Below, one piece after another: positions 1-13,720 of a stretch of 64,000 bases of DNA. The stretch lies in assembly GCF_009914755.1 (NCBI RefSeq), contig NC_060925.1; one strand, written 5' to 3'. The stretch comes from the human T2T-CHM13v2.0 reference genome, Homo sapiens. The notes under the pieces were generated by a model. The model was given only the letters and a program-made list of their open reading frames with translations. It was not told the origin of the DNA and searched no databases. Within the stretch, counting starts at the first letter, position 1. Each line of letters starts with the position of its first letter. The translations under genes were made by a program, and so were the position numbers.

Positions 1-286
1 GACTGTGGATTTTGGACTTGCATAGAGCCTGTAGCTCCTTTGTTTTGGCCAATTTATCTCCTCTGGAATGAGTGTTTTTACCCAATGCCTGTACCTCCAT
101 TGTATCTAGGAAGTAACTAGTATGCTTTTGACTTTACAGGGTCATAGACGAAAGGGACTTGCCCTTGCTCAGATGAGACTTTCGATTTGGACTTTTGACT
201 TAACGCTAGAATGAAATAATATTTTAGAGGACTATTAAAAGGGCATGATTACTGTTTTGAATTATGAGAACATGAGATTTTGGAGC
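1..286 (+). mobile_element. MaLR (THE1/MST) internal region, 3' end, cut off just before its 3' LTR
   Basis: GCCTGTAGCTCCTTTGTTTTGGCCAATTT...CCCAATGCCTGTACCTCCATTGTATCTAGGAAGTAAC...CATGAGATTTTGGAG matches the 3' end of THE1/MST-int; no TGATATGGTTTGG LTR follows. Confidence 0.85.
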
Positions 287-1935
287 CTTAGGGTTTTCTA
301 AGTGTAGAATCATATTGTCAGAAAACAGAGGTAGTTTGAGTTCATCTTTTTTTATTTGGATGCCTTTTATTTTTTCTCTTGTATGATTATTCTAGCTAGG
401 ACTTCCAGTACTATGTTAAAATAGGAGTTTTTACTCCTTACCTGATTCAGTTCTCAGGGGAAATTGTTTCAACTTTTGTCCGTTCAGTATGATGTTGGCT
501 ATAAGTTTGTCATAGATGGCTGTAATTATTCTGAAGTAATTTCCTTCAATGCTTGGTCTGTTGATGGTGTTTATCATGAAGAGATGCTAGATTTTTATCA
601 AAAGTTTTTCTGCATCCATTGAGATGATGGTATGTTTTTGGTTTCTAATTTTGTTTTGGGGTGAATTTTGTTTTTGGGGTTTTGGTTATTCACCTCGTAA
701 CTATGTTGAGTCAACCTTATATTTTAGGAATAAAGTTTACTTGATCATGTGGAAATAACTTTTTGATGTGCTGCTGTATTCTAATTGCGTATATTTTGTT
801 GGGGATTTTTGGGTCTATGTTTATTCAGGATATTGACCTGATGTTTTCTTTCTTCATTGTATCTTTGCCAGATCTTGGTGTTAGGCTCATGTTGGCTTCA
901 AAGAATGATATGGGAAGAAGATACTATTCCATGATTTTTTTGGAATATTTTCAGTAGTATTCACACCAGTTATTCTTTCTATGTATGGTAGAATTTATCC
1001 ATGTATCTGTCTGGCCCAGGGTTTTTTTTTTTTCCTTTTGTGGGGGAGGGTTGGTAGGGTTTTTGTTTTGTTTCTGCTACTGATTCAATTTCAGAGTTTT
1101 TGTCTATTCAGGTTTTCGGCATCTTCTTGATTCAATCTTGAGGAACTGTGTGTTGCCAGAAATGTATCCCTTTCCTCTAGATTTTCTAATTTGTGTGCAT
1201 AGAGTTGTTCATAGTATTCTCTGGGGATTTTTTATATTTCTATAGCATCAGTTGTAGTGTCTTCTTTGTCGTTTCTGATTGCACTTATTTCAACATATGC
1301 TTTTTACCTACGTTAACCTAGCTAGTTGTCTATCAATGTGATTTATTTTTTCAAAGAACAAATTCTTAATTTTATCAAACTTTTGTAGAGATTTTTATAT
1401 TTTAATTTAATCAAATTCTTCTCTGATTTGTTTCTTTTCTTCTGCTAGTTAGGGTGTCGGTTTGTTCATTCTTTTTTTCTAGTTTTTTTAGGTGCAAAGT
1501 TAGATTATCAGTTTAGATCTTTCTAACTTCTTGATGAAGGTCTTTTAAGGCTATAAACTTTCCTCTTAACACTGCTTTGTTTGCATCCCAAAGATTTTGG
1601 TAATTTCTGTCCCTAATTTTATTAGTTTAAAATTGTTTATTAATCCTTTATTTCAATGTTCACTCAGGAGTTATTGAAGAGAAAGTTGTTTAATTTCCAT
1701 GTATGTGTGTACTTTTGAGAGATGTTCTTGATATTGGCTTTCATTTTTATTGCACTGTGGTCCAAGAGTCTACTTGGTATAACTTCATTTTTTAAAAATT
1801 TATTGAGATTTGTATTAGGACCTAGAATGTGATAAACCTTAAAATGTGTTCTATGTGCAGATAAAAAGTAGGTCCAATTGGTCAGGTGTCAAAATTAAGT
1901 CCAGAGTGTCCTTGTTAGTTTAGTGCATTGATGAT
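287..1935 (-). mobile_element. L1 (L1PA15/16-L1PB age) ORF2 segment, inverted arm
   Basis: Antisense ORF2 from the RT FADD/YLENP region (TAGGGTTTTCTAAGTGTAGAATCATATTGTC) back toward the endonuclease region. Confidence 0.9.
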
Positions 1936-3495
1936 ATAATTACCAATGTTATTTTTCACAGAATTGGAAAAACCTTTTATAAAATACATATGAAATCAAA
2001 ATAGAGCCTGAAAATCCAAAGTGATCCCAACCAAAAAGAAAGCTGAAGGCCTCACATCACCTAATTTAAAACTATACTACAAGGCTACAATAAGTAAAAC
2101 AGCAAGGTATTGGTTTTGGTTAAACACACACACACATACAACACCCCAGAAAACCACACACATTGACAAGTGGGACAGAATAGAAAACTCAGAAATAAAG
2201 CTGCACACCTACAACCACCTGATTTTCGTCAATTTTGACAAAGACAAGCAATAGAAAAAGAACTCTCTGTTCAATAAATGATGCTGGAATAACTACATAG
2301 CTACATGCTGAAGAATGAAACTAGACATTTTACCATATAAAAAAACTAACTCAAAATGGAGGAAAGCTTTAAATACAAAACCTCAAACTATAAAAATTGT
2401 AGAAGAAAACTTAGGAAATGCCCTTAACAACATCAACCTTGGCAAATAATTTATGGCCAAATTTTCAAAAGCAATTGTAACAAAAACAAAAATTGGCAAG
2501 TGGGACCTGATTAAATTAAAGAGCTTCTGCATGGCAAATGAAACTATCAACAGGGTAAATAGACAACCTTCAGAAATGAAGAAAATATTCACAATCTATG
2601 CAACTGACAAAATCCTAATACTCAGAATCTATAAGGTACTTAAACTAATCAGTTAGCAAAAACCACATAGCCCCATAAAGAATGGTAAAAGACATCAACA
2701 GACACTCCTTATAAGAGGATATAAAAGCAGCCAACAAACATATGAAAAAATGTTCATCATCAGAGAAATGCAAATCAAAACCGCAATGAGAAACCATCTC
2801 ACACCAGATAGAATGGCTATTATTAAAAATCAAAAACAACAGACGCTTCTGAGGCTGTGGACAAAAGGGTGTACTTATACACTATTGGCAGGAATGTAAA
2901 TTAGTTTAGCCACTGTAGAAAGCAGTTTGGGGTTTTCTCAAAAAAGAAAAAAAACTTAAAACACAGCTATCATTTGACCCAGTAATGTCACACTATTGGG
3001 TATATACTCAAAGAACTATAAATCATATAAATCATTATACCAAAAACACACATGCACTTGTATGTTAATTGCCACACTATTCACAATAGCAAAGATATGG
3101 AACCAACCTAGGTGCACATAAATAGTGGGTTGGATAAATAAAATGTAGTTCATATGAACCATGAAATACTATGCAGCCAAAAAGAATGAAATAATGTTCT
3201 TTGCAGCATTGTAGGTGGAGTCAGAAATAATAATCCTAAGCGAATTAATGCAGAAACAAAAAGCCAAGTGCTACATATTCTCAGTTATAAGTGGGAGCTA
3301 TACGTTGAACACACATGAACATATACCTGGGAACAATAGACACTGAAGACTACTAGTGGGGAAGGAAGGAGAGTATATGTTGAAATATTACCTATTGGGT
3401 ACTCTAGGCTCACGACTTGGGTCCAATATACTCATGTAATAATCCTACACATGTACTCCCTCTATTTAAAATAACAGCTGAAATTAAAAAAAAAA
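1936..3495 (+). mobile_element. L1 (L1PA15/16-like) 3' arm with 3' UTR and A-tail
   Basis: Starts TACCAATGTTATTTTTCACAGAATTGGAAAAA (LPMxFFTELEK); ORF track hits NLKLYYKAT and [11 protein letters not shown]; ends CACATGTACTCCCTCTATTTAAAATAACAGCTGAAATTAAAAAAAAAA. Confidence 0.9.
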
Positions 3496-4352
3496 TAAAG
3501 TTCTAGGTTCCCTTCAGTGCATCTACCTGTGTTTCCAATGAGACTGGGGAGCTGTGGACTTGTTTCTCTTCAGAAATGCTGGTCTGTGAAGATGTAGTTA
3601 TCTTAAACTAGTGGGGGAAACAAAACTCATATTGAAGTTCCCACTTAGATGTCTCTGTTCCTCTAGGTTAAGTAGGGCTATGTGTGTGCACACACATTAG
3701 TGTCTACACAGACATGAATTTGAGGATAAAGTCCTCTGCCTCTACTTATTTGATGTAGATCTCATTTCTTTGCACTTTATGAAGTATCACAGACAGAAGA
3801 AAAGTGAAGGTGGAGATATCCTGCATGTGAGAGTTCAATTTCTCATCTTGACATTAAAACAAAAAACCTATGTTTTTCAAATACAAATGTGAAGTACCTT
3901 ATGTTATAATAAGCCAATTTCTTTTCTACAGTGGAATACAATAGCCCCATGTTCAGTTTTCTGGTTTAAAATATGCTCAAGCAAAAATTTACTGTAAGCA
4001 TCAATCTGAAATGAGATTTAAAAGAAGTCCCTCTAACCAGCCTTCTCAAATACACTCATAGTCAGTGGAGACATCTATGTCTCATTTCTCTGAAGTGCAA
4101 ATTTAAAAGTATATGGTGGTTAAGTCTATATTCATTTGAAATCAGCATTTTCTCAATCACTCTTATTGTTTATTTCTATTTTTGGTGCATTATTATTTAT
4201 TCATCCTATGAATAATATTGATATCTAACATGTGCTACAAATGCTTAATGATGTCTCCATATTGAGTTATGTTTATTCATATCTTCTGCATAGTCCCTCT
4301 GGGTTGGAAATCTTCTGGTTAGCTGAGATATTTTGATCTTGATTTTATGTCT

Positions 4353-4590
4353 CTTTTTTTATCATTTATTCTAAGTTCAGGGGTACATGTGCAGGTTTGT
4401 TATATAGGTAAATGTTTGTCTTGGGCATTTGTTGTACAAATTATTTCATCACTCAGGTATTAAGCCCAGTACCCATTAGTTATTTTTTCTGATCCTCCCC
4501 CTCCTCCCACCGTGTACCCTCCAAAAGGCCCTAGTGTGTGTTATCTCCCTCTATGTGTCCCTGTGTTCTCCTCATTTAGCTCCCATTTAT
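4353..4590 (-). mobile_element. Short L1PA (about PA11-13) 3'-end fragment
   Basis: T-run followed by TAAGTTCAGGGGTACATGTGCAGGTTTGTTATATAGGTAAA...CATTTAGCTCCCA. Confidence 0.85.
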
Positions 4591-5359
4591 TTTCTCAATA
4601 ATATTTGAATCTCCACAATTAATTATAAGCTATTATTTGTTTACTTTGTTTTGCTTTTTGCATATACCAGATGTCTGATGGATATTTTCTAAATATTTCC
4701 AAATGTAACTCATTTATACAATTTTTCACATATAGTTTATTCATGTTCTTAGCTAGTTTTCATTCTGAGGGTTATTCTTTATGTGTATTTTGGGGGAATA
4801 TTGTGTGCTATGTAGGCCTCACAGCATTATTTTAGATCTATGTAAAATAATAAATCAAAATAAATAATATATTATGTCTTAGTCACAATTTCTCTTCTCT
4901 CTTGAATGAATAGTTCCTTTGACAAAAATAAAAAAACATGAAAAGATAGAGAAGTAGTGAAGGGAAGTGAAATAATCAGTGAGTTCTATATGTAGAAGTT
5001 GTCTTGATAAGGTTTTAAAGACTGAAAATCAGGTATACCAAAATGATAAAGAATTATACTGTGCATGGCTTCATCAAATTCTTCACATGACATAAAGAGT
5101 ATTATATTTTTATGACCAGAAATGTGTCAGAAAGTGCATCTAATGCTAGAGAAAAAGTCAACTGGCACTTCATCAGGCCAATTGATGAATACAGTTGCTT
5201 CTATAAGTGAATTATGGTTGTAAGAGGTATAAAATTTTCTAAAAAAAAATCTTTCCAGTGAATTAGAAAGCTCTTCAAAGTGTCTATTATTTGACCTGGG
5301 TCTCAAAATACAAAGAAGTATTCATTAACATCAGTAAAGGAATTGACCTGTATAGAGTA

Positions 5360-5520
5360 ATATTAGCCAACCTTCACTGAGCACTTACCATGTGCTACAC
5401 ACCATTCTAAGAACTTTATTTATAAAAACTTACTTGCTTCTCAAGACACTATAAAGTATGGAATTGTATTATCTGAATATTTCCTGAATAACAAAATGTT
5501 GAATTAACTTGCCTTAACTA
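5360..5520 (-). mobile_element. MIR
   Basis: CTGAGCACTTACCATGTGC...TTCTAAG...TAACTTGCC, antisense MIR core. Confidence 0.65.
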
Positions 5521-5859
5521 GAATGTGGTAAAGTACAAAATCAAAAAGTGCATTATGTCATTGTGGAACGGTAAGCACCTTGGAATGGTTAAGGTACACA
5601 GAAATACAGATTATAACATTTTTGATGTTGGAACTGTATATTATATTTTACACAGAGCCTACCACTGCACATTGAACATAGCAGATGCTTAATAAACTTA
5701 AATTAAGCTGAAATTAATAATTATATTTATTCCTATTTATTAAGAATTATATTTTAATAGTACTTTTAACAGGAAGGCAAAAAGAACAGAAAAGTATTTT
5801 AAATGGCAGTAGATACAATATCAGTAAATTCTTAAGATAGGCAGCATTATTCATCAAAA

Positions 5860-6106
5860 TGTTAAGCTATAAGCTCAGCAGTCTACATGGCTGCCATAAT
5901 AATTATAAATCCAGCTCTGTGACTTACTACATGTGTGGCTTTGCAGAAGTTTCTTTATTTTCACTCTTCTTCAGCTCTCTTATCTCTAAAATAGAACAGT
6001 AATTATACTTAACTCAGGGGTTTGGTGAGAATTAATTAATTAGCATGCATACAGTGTTTGTAGCAATGCATAGAACATTCAAAATGCTCAATAAATGTTA
6101 GTTATG
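5860..6106 (+). mobile_element. MIR
   Basis: AAATCCAGCTCTGTGACTTACTACATGTGTGGCTTTG...TGCTCAATAAATGTTAG. Confidence 0.75.
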
Positions 6107-6329
6107 AAGACAATGATGGATATGACGGTTCTGAAGATATGATGAAAACATTAAAACATAAACATTGATTTTTACCTTTATACACTACAGCTAAATAACT
6201 TTCTGTGACACATTTCAGTCTGAAATCAGAAATTCTAGTTTCATAGTTGCACTTTCCTTTTACTATTCACCAGTATTAATCTCATTTCATTTCAGATATA
6301 TTTCTTTGTCTATCATTATTTTTGTAATA

Positions 6330-6450
6330 ATCACACACTACATGTGTCTAGTCTCCACTTAAAATTCAAGCTCATGAAAGCTGGGGGCTATGCCTTATAT
6401 TCCTATTGCAACCACAACTGCAAACATGTCTAATAGGTGCTTAATAATAA
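6330..6450 (+). mobile_element. L2 3'-end fragment
   Basis: GTCTCCACTT...AAGCTCATGAAAGCTGGGG...TAGGTGCTTAATAA. Confidence 0.55.
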
Positions 6451-7925
6451 ACAATCAAGAAATAGGAATAACCCCAGCATTTGTCTGACTGCTTAATCAT
6501 TTCAGATCATCTCAGGTGATGAAATAGGATGCAAATAAATGAACTTAGTGATTTAAACAGTATGACTTTACATAAGCATCCAGAGAAAAACTTGTTTGAA
6601 TTTGATATATCCTGAAAAATCAGGCCAACTGATACTTATTTCAAAATAGCACAAAATTTAAGCCCTCAGTGAACAGCATTAAAGAAATGTTCATTTTGAT
6701 TTTGCACAGGAAAGAAAGGGCATAACTTAGAAACAAAATCTGGAGTTGAGGTTAATCGTGACTTGAGAGGAGATAGCTGTTTCATAAGTAAATGCCTATT
6801 TCCTTCTAATTCATTTTATCTATTCTGGATGTCGATGTGGAAGCTGTGAGTTTTAAGTCAGGTCAAAAAAAGAAGAAGAAAGAAAAAAAGATATTTCTTA
6901 AAAGAAAGAATCTAGGCCACATTTGGCTTCAAAAGGCTTCTTTGCTCATCTATTTGATTGTTGTCCTAAATTTAAAAAGTCAAATTTCAAATAAAATAGT
7001 TTTTCTCTGTGTCAGTTTTTGGACTACAAATGAGAACACAAAATAATGATGTTTTTGGACTTATGTTTTTAAATTTCTAGCATATCTCTAGTGTTTATTG
7101 CACACAAACAAAGCTTAAAACCATATATCCAACTGTGGTTCAACATTTTTGACTTAGAAACACTGAATTTATAATGTATTTATTCAACAAACATTTATTG
7201 AATCTTTATTAAAATTTTCCACTCTACATAAACTTGAGAGTGGAGCTAAAATCTATTTCATCTTATTAAATCTATAATACCTTAGTGTAGCAGAAAGGGA
7301 TTCTAATCATATATGTGCTGAATAAATCAATAAATTAATTAAATATGCCATATAGTATTTTCATTGCTGTTAGGAAAGAATTGAAGTCTTTACACATAAA
7401 ATACGTTGTAGAAGATAAGTGAAAAAGTCTTACATCTACTTAGCACTATTTACTTGAGCAAAACTTCTACTAATTATGTACAAAAAGTCAAAGATATTTT
7501 AGAGTAAAAAACAGAAAATAAAACGGACGCTGCCCTCTAAGAGTGTACAATTTTCTCAAAGAGATAAAAGAGATTAAAATTGTATTTTACATAACAATAT
7601 AAGAAAGATGATAAAAATTCATGCAATAATAAATGCACAACAAATAAAATATTTATGAATAAAAGATTTTTTATAGGCTTCAGAACCATATGAAAGCATC
7701 ATGTCAACAAAAAGCTCTTGTTTTGACATTTCTGTGTAATGTAACAAAATCTCAATGAAACTGGAGCAAGAAATTAACTAGCCTGATTAATATTAAGGAA
7801 AAGCCAAGAGTTAATCAGGATTTAGGCACAGATGAATCTAAAGACTTAAATTTCATTGTCAATCCCTGTCTCTGGATTGATTAGACAGATTTTGCTACAA
7901 GTTAGGAAGTTGGCTGTAACATACT

Positions 7926-7946
7926 CACACACACACACACACACAC
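7926..7946. repeat. (CA)n microsatellite
   Basis: Seen directly. Confidence 0.95.
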
Positions 7947-8014
7947 CCCTTTCTTTCCAAGCATACATAAACAAGAACATACATACCTAATTTATATTTA
8001 GCATATTAGGTAAT

Positions 8015-8580
<566 letters not shown>

Positions 8581-9269
8581 TAATTTTACATGCAATAAAA
8601 ATGCCCTCTCCAATGCCCAAATATAGGCAACTGTTTCATCTTCTGCAGAATCCTAAGTTGATGTCATGGGGCAGTGGTTCTCTGAATCTAGGATGCTCAA
8701 TATGATTTCTCGAAATCAGGTATGTTTGTAATTTATCATGGTCCAGAAATTCTGAGCTAAACAATAAATTTAACCACATGTAACACCTCCAACATACGAT
8801 CATAGTGAAAGGCCAGCAAAAACAGCAACAAACAAAAGGGCAGGATAATTATAGTATCAAATGTAACTTGACAGTGAATAAAGAGACACAGAACACAATG
8901 TTTGGGGTTCTGTAGTGCATCCCATGTCTACCTGATGTGGGGAATTGACTACTCCCAGACTTGGCAATGGTGTGCACTCTGGATTCCATATATGGTTGCC
9001 TCTTTTTCTATTCTCTGAAACAACCTATTTTGCACAATTTATCAATAGCCATACCTGAAGAGAGGAGAAACGGGACCTATAACTCATTAGCAGGGCTTGT
9101 CTTTTTAAGAACCGGGGATTTCTGTAGGAGCAAGCTATATATTAGGCATAGGTTGTCAGGCTGAAAAAAAATCTGGAAGTATAACTCCCTTAAAACTCAG
9201 AAACATGCCTTTCATTTTAATTACTAGATACTATGGAAACAACAAATACAAATGTCGCCACTTCGTAAT

Positions 9270-12040
9270 TGGCCATGTTCTGAAATCTACTTTTTCTGAT
9301 AGTAATATAGCCACTTCAGCCTTTTAAAAATTAAATGTTTTTAAGTTATATTTTTACATATTTTAACTTTAACCTTCTTTTATAATTAACGTGAACTTAT
9401 TTTAGACAGCACATAGTTGTGTCTTCATTTTTATAATTCATCCCTCCAAAATTTGTCATATCCCTCTCTACTGCCTCTCTCCACCCATTCTGATCACTGG
9501 CAAGCACTGATAAGCTTTCAGTTGCTTTAAATTAGTTTGTGTTTTCTGTAATTTCATATAAATAGAATCATACAATATGTACTCTATCTGACGTCTTCAA
9601 CTTAGCATAATTATTTTGAGATTTACCCACTTTGTTGCCTACTTGAATAGTTCATTCCTTTTTATTGCTGGGTATCCCATTGTATGGGTATCCCATTGTA
9701 TGCATATGCCACAATTTATGTATCCATTTGCTTCTTAACATACATTTGGGTTGCTTTCAGGTTTTGGCTATTACAAATAAAGTTGCTATGAACATTCACA
9801 TACAAGTCTTTGGATGGACATCTGCTTTATCTTCTCTCTGGAAAACATTAAAGAGTGGAAAAATTGAATAATAGAGTTGGAATGTGTTTAACTTTTTAAA
9901 AACGGTCAACATGTTTACTATTCCACCACAGCAGTGTAATGAGACTTTCAGTTGGTCCACATCCTCAGCAGTGCTTGCCATTTTTAGTGTTTCTACTTTT
10001 AGAGTTTCTTATAGGTTTGCAGTAATATTTTGTTTTGGTGTTATAGTTTGCATATCCCTCACAGCTAATAATGTGGAGCATATTTTAGTGTTCTTATGTG
10101 CCATCCATTTATCTTCTTTAAAATTGTTCTCGGTTTAATTTTGTTTTCCATTTGCATATCTTCTTGTTAATTTTGTACTATTTGTTACTAGGGTAGTGGC
10201 TATAATTAACAAGTAAAGCCAACTGGCAGTGGAGTTTTCTCTGTTGGAACATTTTGAACAATGAATTTAATTTTTGAATACATGTATAAGCATAAGACTA
10301 TCCAAGTAATTTCTTTTTCGGTGAACTTTGCAGTGGGTATCTTTCCAGGAATTTTACTTATTGTGTCTAAGGTGGTGAGTATATTTACATAAAGTACTTT
10401 TTGTTTATATAGCATTCTACATATTTTTAAGATATAGTAAGGTAAGTAAGTAATTTATGTTTTTACTCTTTATTCATGATGACTCTGGCTAAAGACATCA
10501 ATTTTACTAATCTCAACGATATAGCTTTTATTTTTACTAATTTTCTCTATTTTATATATTTTAATTCATTAATTTTAACTCTAATCTGTTTTATTTCTTT
10601 CTTAGTTTGGATTAATTTGTTAAATTTTTTTAATATTTAAAGGTCAAAGCTGAGATTATTTGTTTCTTCTCTTCTATTTATTTTTACTGTAAAATGACAA
10701 ATTATAGTTGTATATAGTTATGGGAAAAAGTGATGTTATGATTTATGAATACAATAAAGAATAATTATGCTGTTAATATATCATCACCTCAAATACTTAT
10801 AACTGTTTATAGTAAGAACATTTGAAATTTACTCTCAACAATTTTGAAATAGACAATTACAACTCTGTGCAAGATCTCAAAATAAATTTATTCTTCCTAT
10901 TGAACTGAAGCTTTGTAATCTGTAACCGTTATCTTCTCATTTCCTCCAGCCTCCAGCCTCTGCTTCCTATCTATGAGGTTGATTGTTTTAGATTCTACAC
11001 ACAAATGAGAACATGTAACATCTGTCTTTCTGAGGATGGCTTATTTCACTTAGCATAGTGTTCTCCAATTCTAAACATGTTCCAAATGACAATTTTTTTC
11101 TTTTTCATGGCTAAATAATATCCCATTGTGTATAAGGACCACATTTTATTTATCCATTTATCTGTTGATAGACACTTCAATCATTTACTTAAAGGAATAC
11201 TCAACATTTGCATCAAATGTATAAAAGTGCTGCAAAAAAACATGGGGGTACAGACATTTCTAATACATGTGTTTGTGTTATTTATTTAACTTTAAACACT
11301 GCTTAAGCCGCACCTCTCAAATTTGATAAGTTGTATATTTTTACTCAATTAAAATACTTTTGATTTTTAAGATTTTCTTTGACCCACAGTTATTCAGAAT
11401 TGTGTTTTTTGTTTGTAAATACATGAGAATATTTCAGAAATACTCCAAGTATTTATTTGAAATTTAATTTCAGTTTTGTCAGAGTATATATTTTATGATT
11501 TGCAATTTTAAAAATTGAGACTTTTTTGCTTTACCTTATATATTGGGATGTATGTTTGTATATATGTGTGTATTTAAATTTTTACACATTAAAATTTGCC
11601 ATGTTGACTTTTTTAAAGGTGCAATTCAGTAGGGCTAAGAACATTCACACTGATGTGCAACCAATGATAAGATGTTTCTCAGTTTGCAGAACTGAAGCTC
11701 TAAACCAATTAAACAATTAAACAATTCCTCATTCACACCCATCTCCCAACTACTATTCTACTTTCTGTCTCTATGAATTTGACTACTCCGGATATCTCAT
11801 ATAAGTTAAGTCATATAATAGTTGTCATTTTATGACTGGCTTATTTCAGTTAGTATAATGTCCTCAAGTTTTATCCATGTTGTAGCTGTAGCATGGGTCA
11901 GCATTTCCTTTCTTTTGAAGTATGAATAATATTCCATTGCATGTATATACCATAATTTGTGTGTCTATTCATTAATCAGTGTATACTTGCATTACTTCCA
12001 AATTTGGCTACTACGAATCATGCTACTATCAACTGTGAGA
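9270..12040 (-). mobile_element. Nested cluster of old antisense L1M fragments (L1ME/MD-type 3' end ~9460-10120, L1MA-type 3' end ~10680-11270, L1MB-type 3' end ~11570-12040, with ORF2 pieces between)
   Basis: Hallmark antisense 3' UTR motifs, e.g. TTTCATATAAATAGAATCATACAATATGTA, TGGCTTATTTCACTTAGCATAGTG, TCTCTATGAATTTGACTACTC. Confidence 0.8.
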
Positions 12041-12044
12041 TGTG

Positions 12045-12091
12045 TCTACATCTACATCTATCTATCTTTGTGTGTGTGTGTGTGTGTGTGT
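12045..12091. repeat. (TCTA)-like plus (TG)n microsatellite
   Basis: Seen directly. Confidence 0.9.
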
Positions 12092-12879
12092 ATTACTATG
12101 CAGTATTAGAGACAAAAAAATATGACTTTCTCTTCTGATCTTGCTTGCTCAACCTAACATTTACTTTATTATAATATATAATTTTAACTTTGACTTTTTC
12201 TAAGACTACCTTGGCCTAACCTACCAGTTTGTTCTTTTACTAAACAATGTTCTTCTCATCTTTGGAGCACCTTTATCAATGAGATGACAAACTTCAAGGA
12301 AATTAAACTCAGGTATTGCTTTTTACCGGCTTTTCTTGGAAGGCAATTAGCAAGGATTTTGATTGAGGGGCTTGATTACTGTCTCAAAAGAATAATACCA
12401 CTAGGTTACTTACTAAGTGCTTTAGAAGATATCTCAAAGAAGCATGCTTCTTTCCATATTTTTTGCCTCTCTACTCTTCAATTGATTAAAAAAATTGAAT
12501 TTAGCTATATAAACACCATGATAATTACATTCATTTATGCAAGCTGCTTAGCATTGTGCCTAATTATCATAAGGCACAATAAGGATTAGTCACATTATTA
12601 AATATGCTAGATAATTTTGCTATATATTTTATTTGATTGAAACCCTAGATCCTACATGTGTGTGTTCAGATACCCTATTACTTTTTTCAGGAAACACTAT
12701 CAAATCACAACTCAGAAAAAAAGAAAGTTCATAGTTTCCTTCTGTTTGTCTTTTTCTGGTTTCCTGTCACTCTGAAGTTAATGGATACCATGACCTTTTA
12801 TTTATATAGATGGCCCTAGCATGCTGAGGGTATGTGTGGGTGAAAGGTCCTCCATAATGATACTCTTTGGACTTTTCTT

Positions 12880-13720
12880 ATCCACTCTTTTTCTAGGCTG
12901 TGGAGTTTCTCAGGACCACAGCATAGGCCATCTTCTCTTCATTCAGGGAGAGATTAGAGGGCTTTCATCTTTACACATGATTTTATGTTCCATCTATACA
13001 ATAAAGATTCTAAATTTATATCTCCTGTCCAGACTGCTTGTATTAGAGCTCACTAGAGGAACAGAACCAATAGGGTATTTATAGATATATAAGAGGGGAT
13101 TTATTATAGGAATTGGCTCAGGCAATCAGACAAGCCGAGAAGTCCCATGAAATTCTATCTTCCAGTTGGAGAACAGGGAAGGCTGGTGATGTAATTCAGT
13201 TCAAGGCCCAGGAGATGCAGTGGTGTAACTCTCAGTCTGAGGCCAAAGGTGGGAGAACCAGGGAGCCTGCTGATGTAATTTCTGGAGTCTGAATGCCTAA
13301 AAACCTGAAAATCTGATTTCTAAGGGCAGTATATGAACGAGCCAGCTCCCAGAGAGTGAATTCACATTTCCCCCACTTTTTTGTTCTATCATGGCCATTA
13401 GTGGATTAAATGATACCTGCCCACTCTGGTAAGGAATGATCTTCTTTACTCAGCTTATAAATACAAATGTTCGTTTCTTTCAGAAAGTCCCTTACAGAAA
13501 CACTTAGATACAATGTTTTACAAGCTATCTGGGTATCCCTTAACACAGTTAAGTTCACACATCAAATTAACCATCAAACTACTTCTCTTTCCTTCTATTT
13601 CTTGACTGTGATGAATCAACATCTCTATTTTGAAGACAAGCAGTCATTTACAAATTAATGTGTTCAAATCTGAACTTGTAATATTCCACATGTATCCCTC
13701 AACCCATAGTTGTCATTATC
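12880..13720 (+). mobile_element. L2 fragment split by the MLT2 LTR
   Basis: CATCTATAC...ATTCTAAATTTATATCTCCTGTCCAGAC before; AAATTAATGTGTTCAAATCTGAACT after. Confidence 0.55.
13039..13578 (-). mobile_element. MLT2B-type ERVL solo LTR
   Basis: TGTATTAG...ACAGAACCAATAGG...GGAATTGGCTCA...AAATTAACCATCA; 5-bp TSD CTGCT/CTACT. Confidence 0.9.

Noticed and set aside
12284-12589. 101-aa ORF in apparently unique DNA
   Set aside because: No recognisable domain or convincing splice structure; length is within chance expectation for a 64-kb window.
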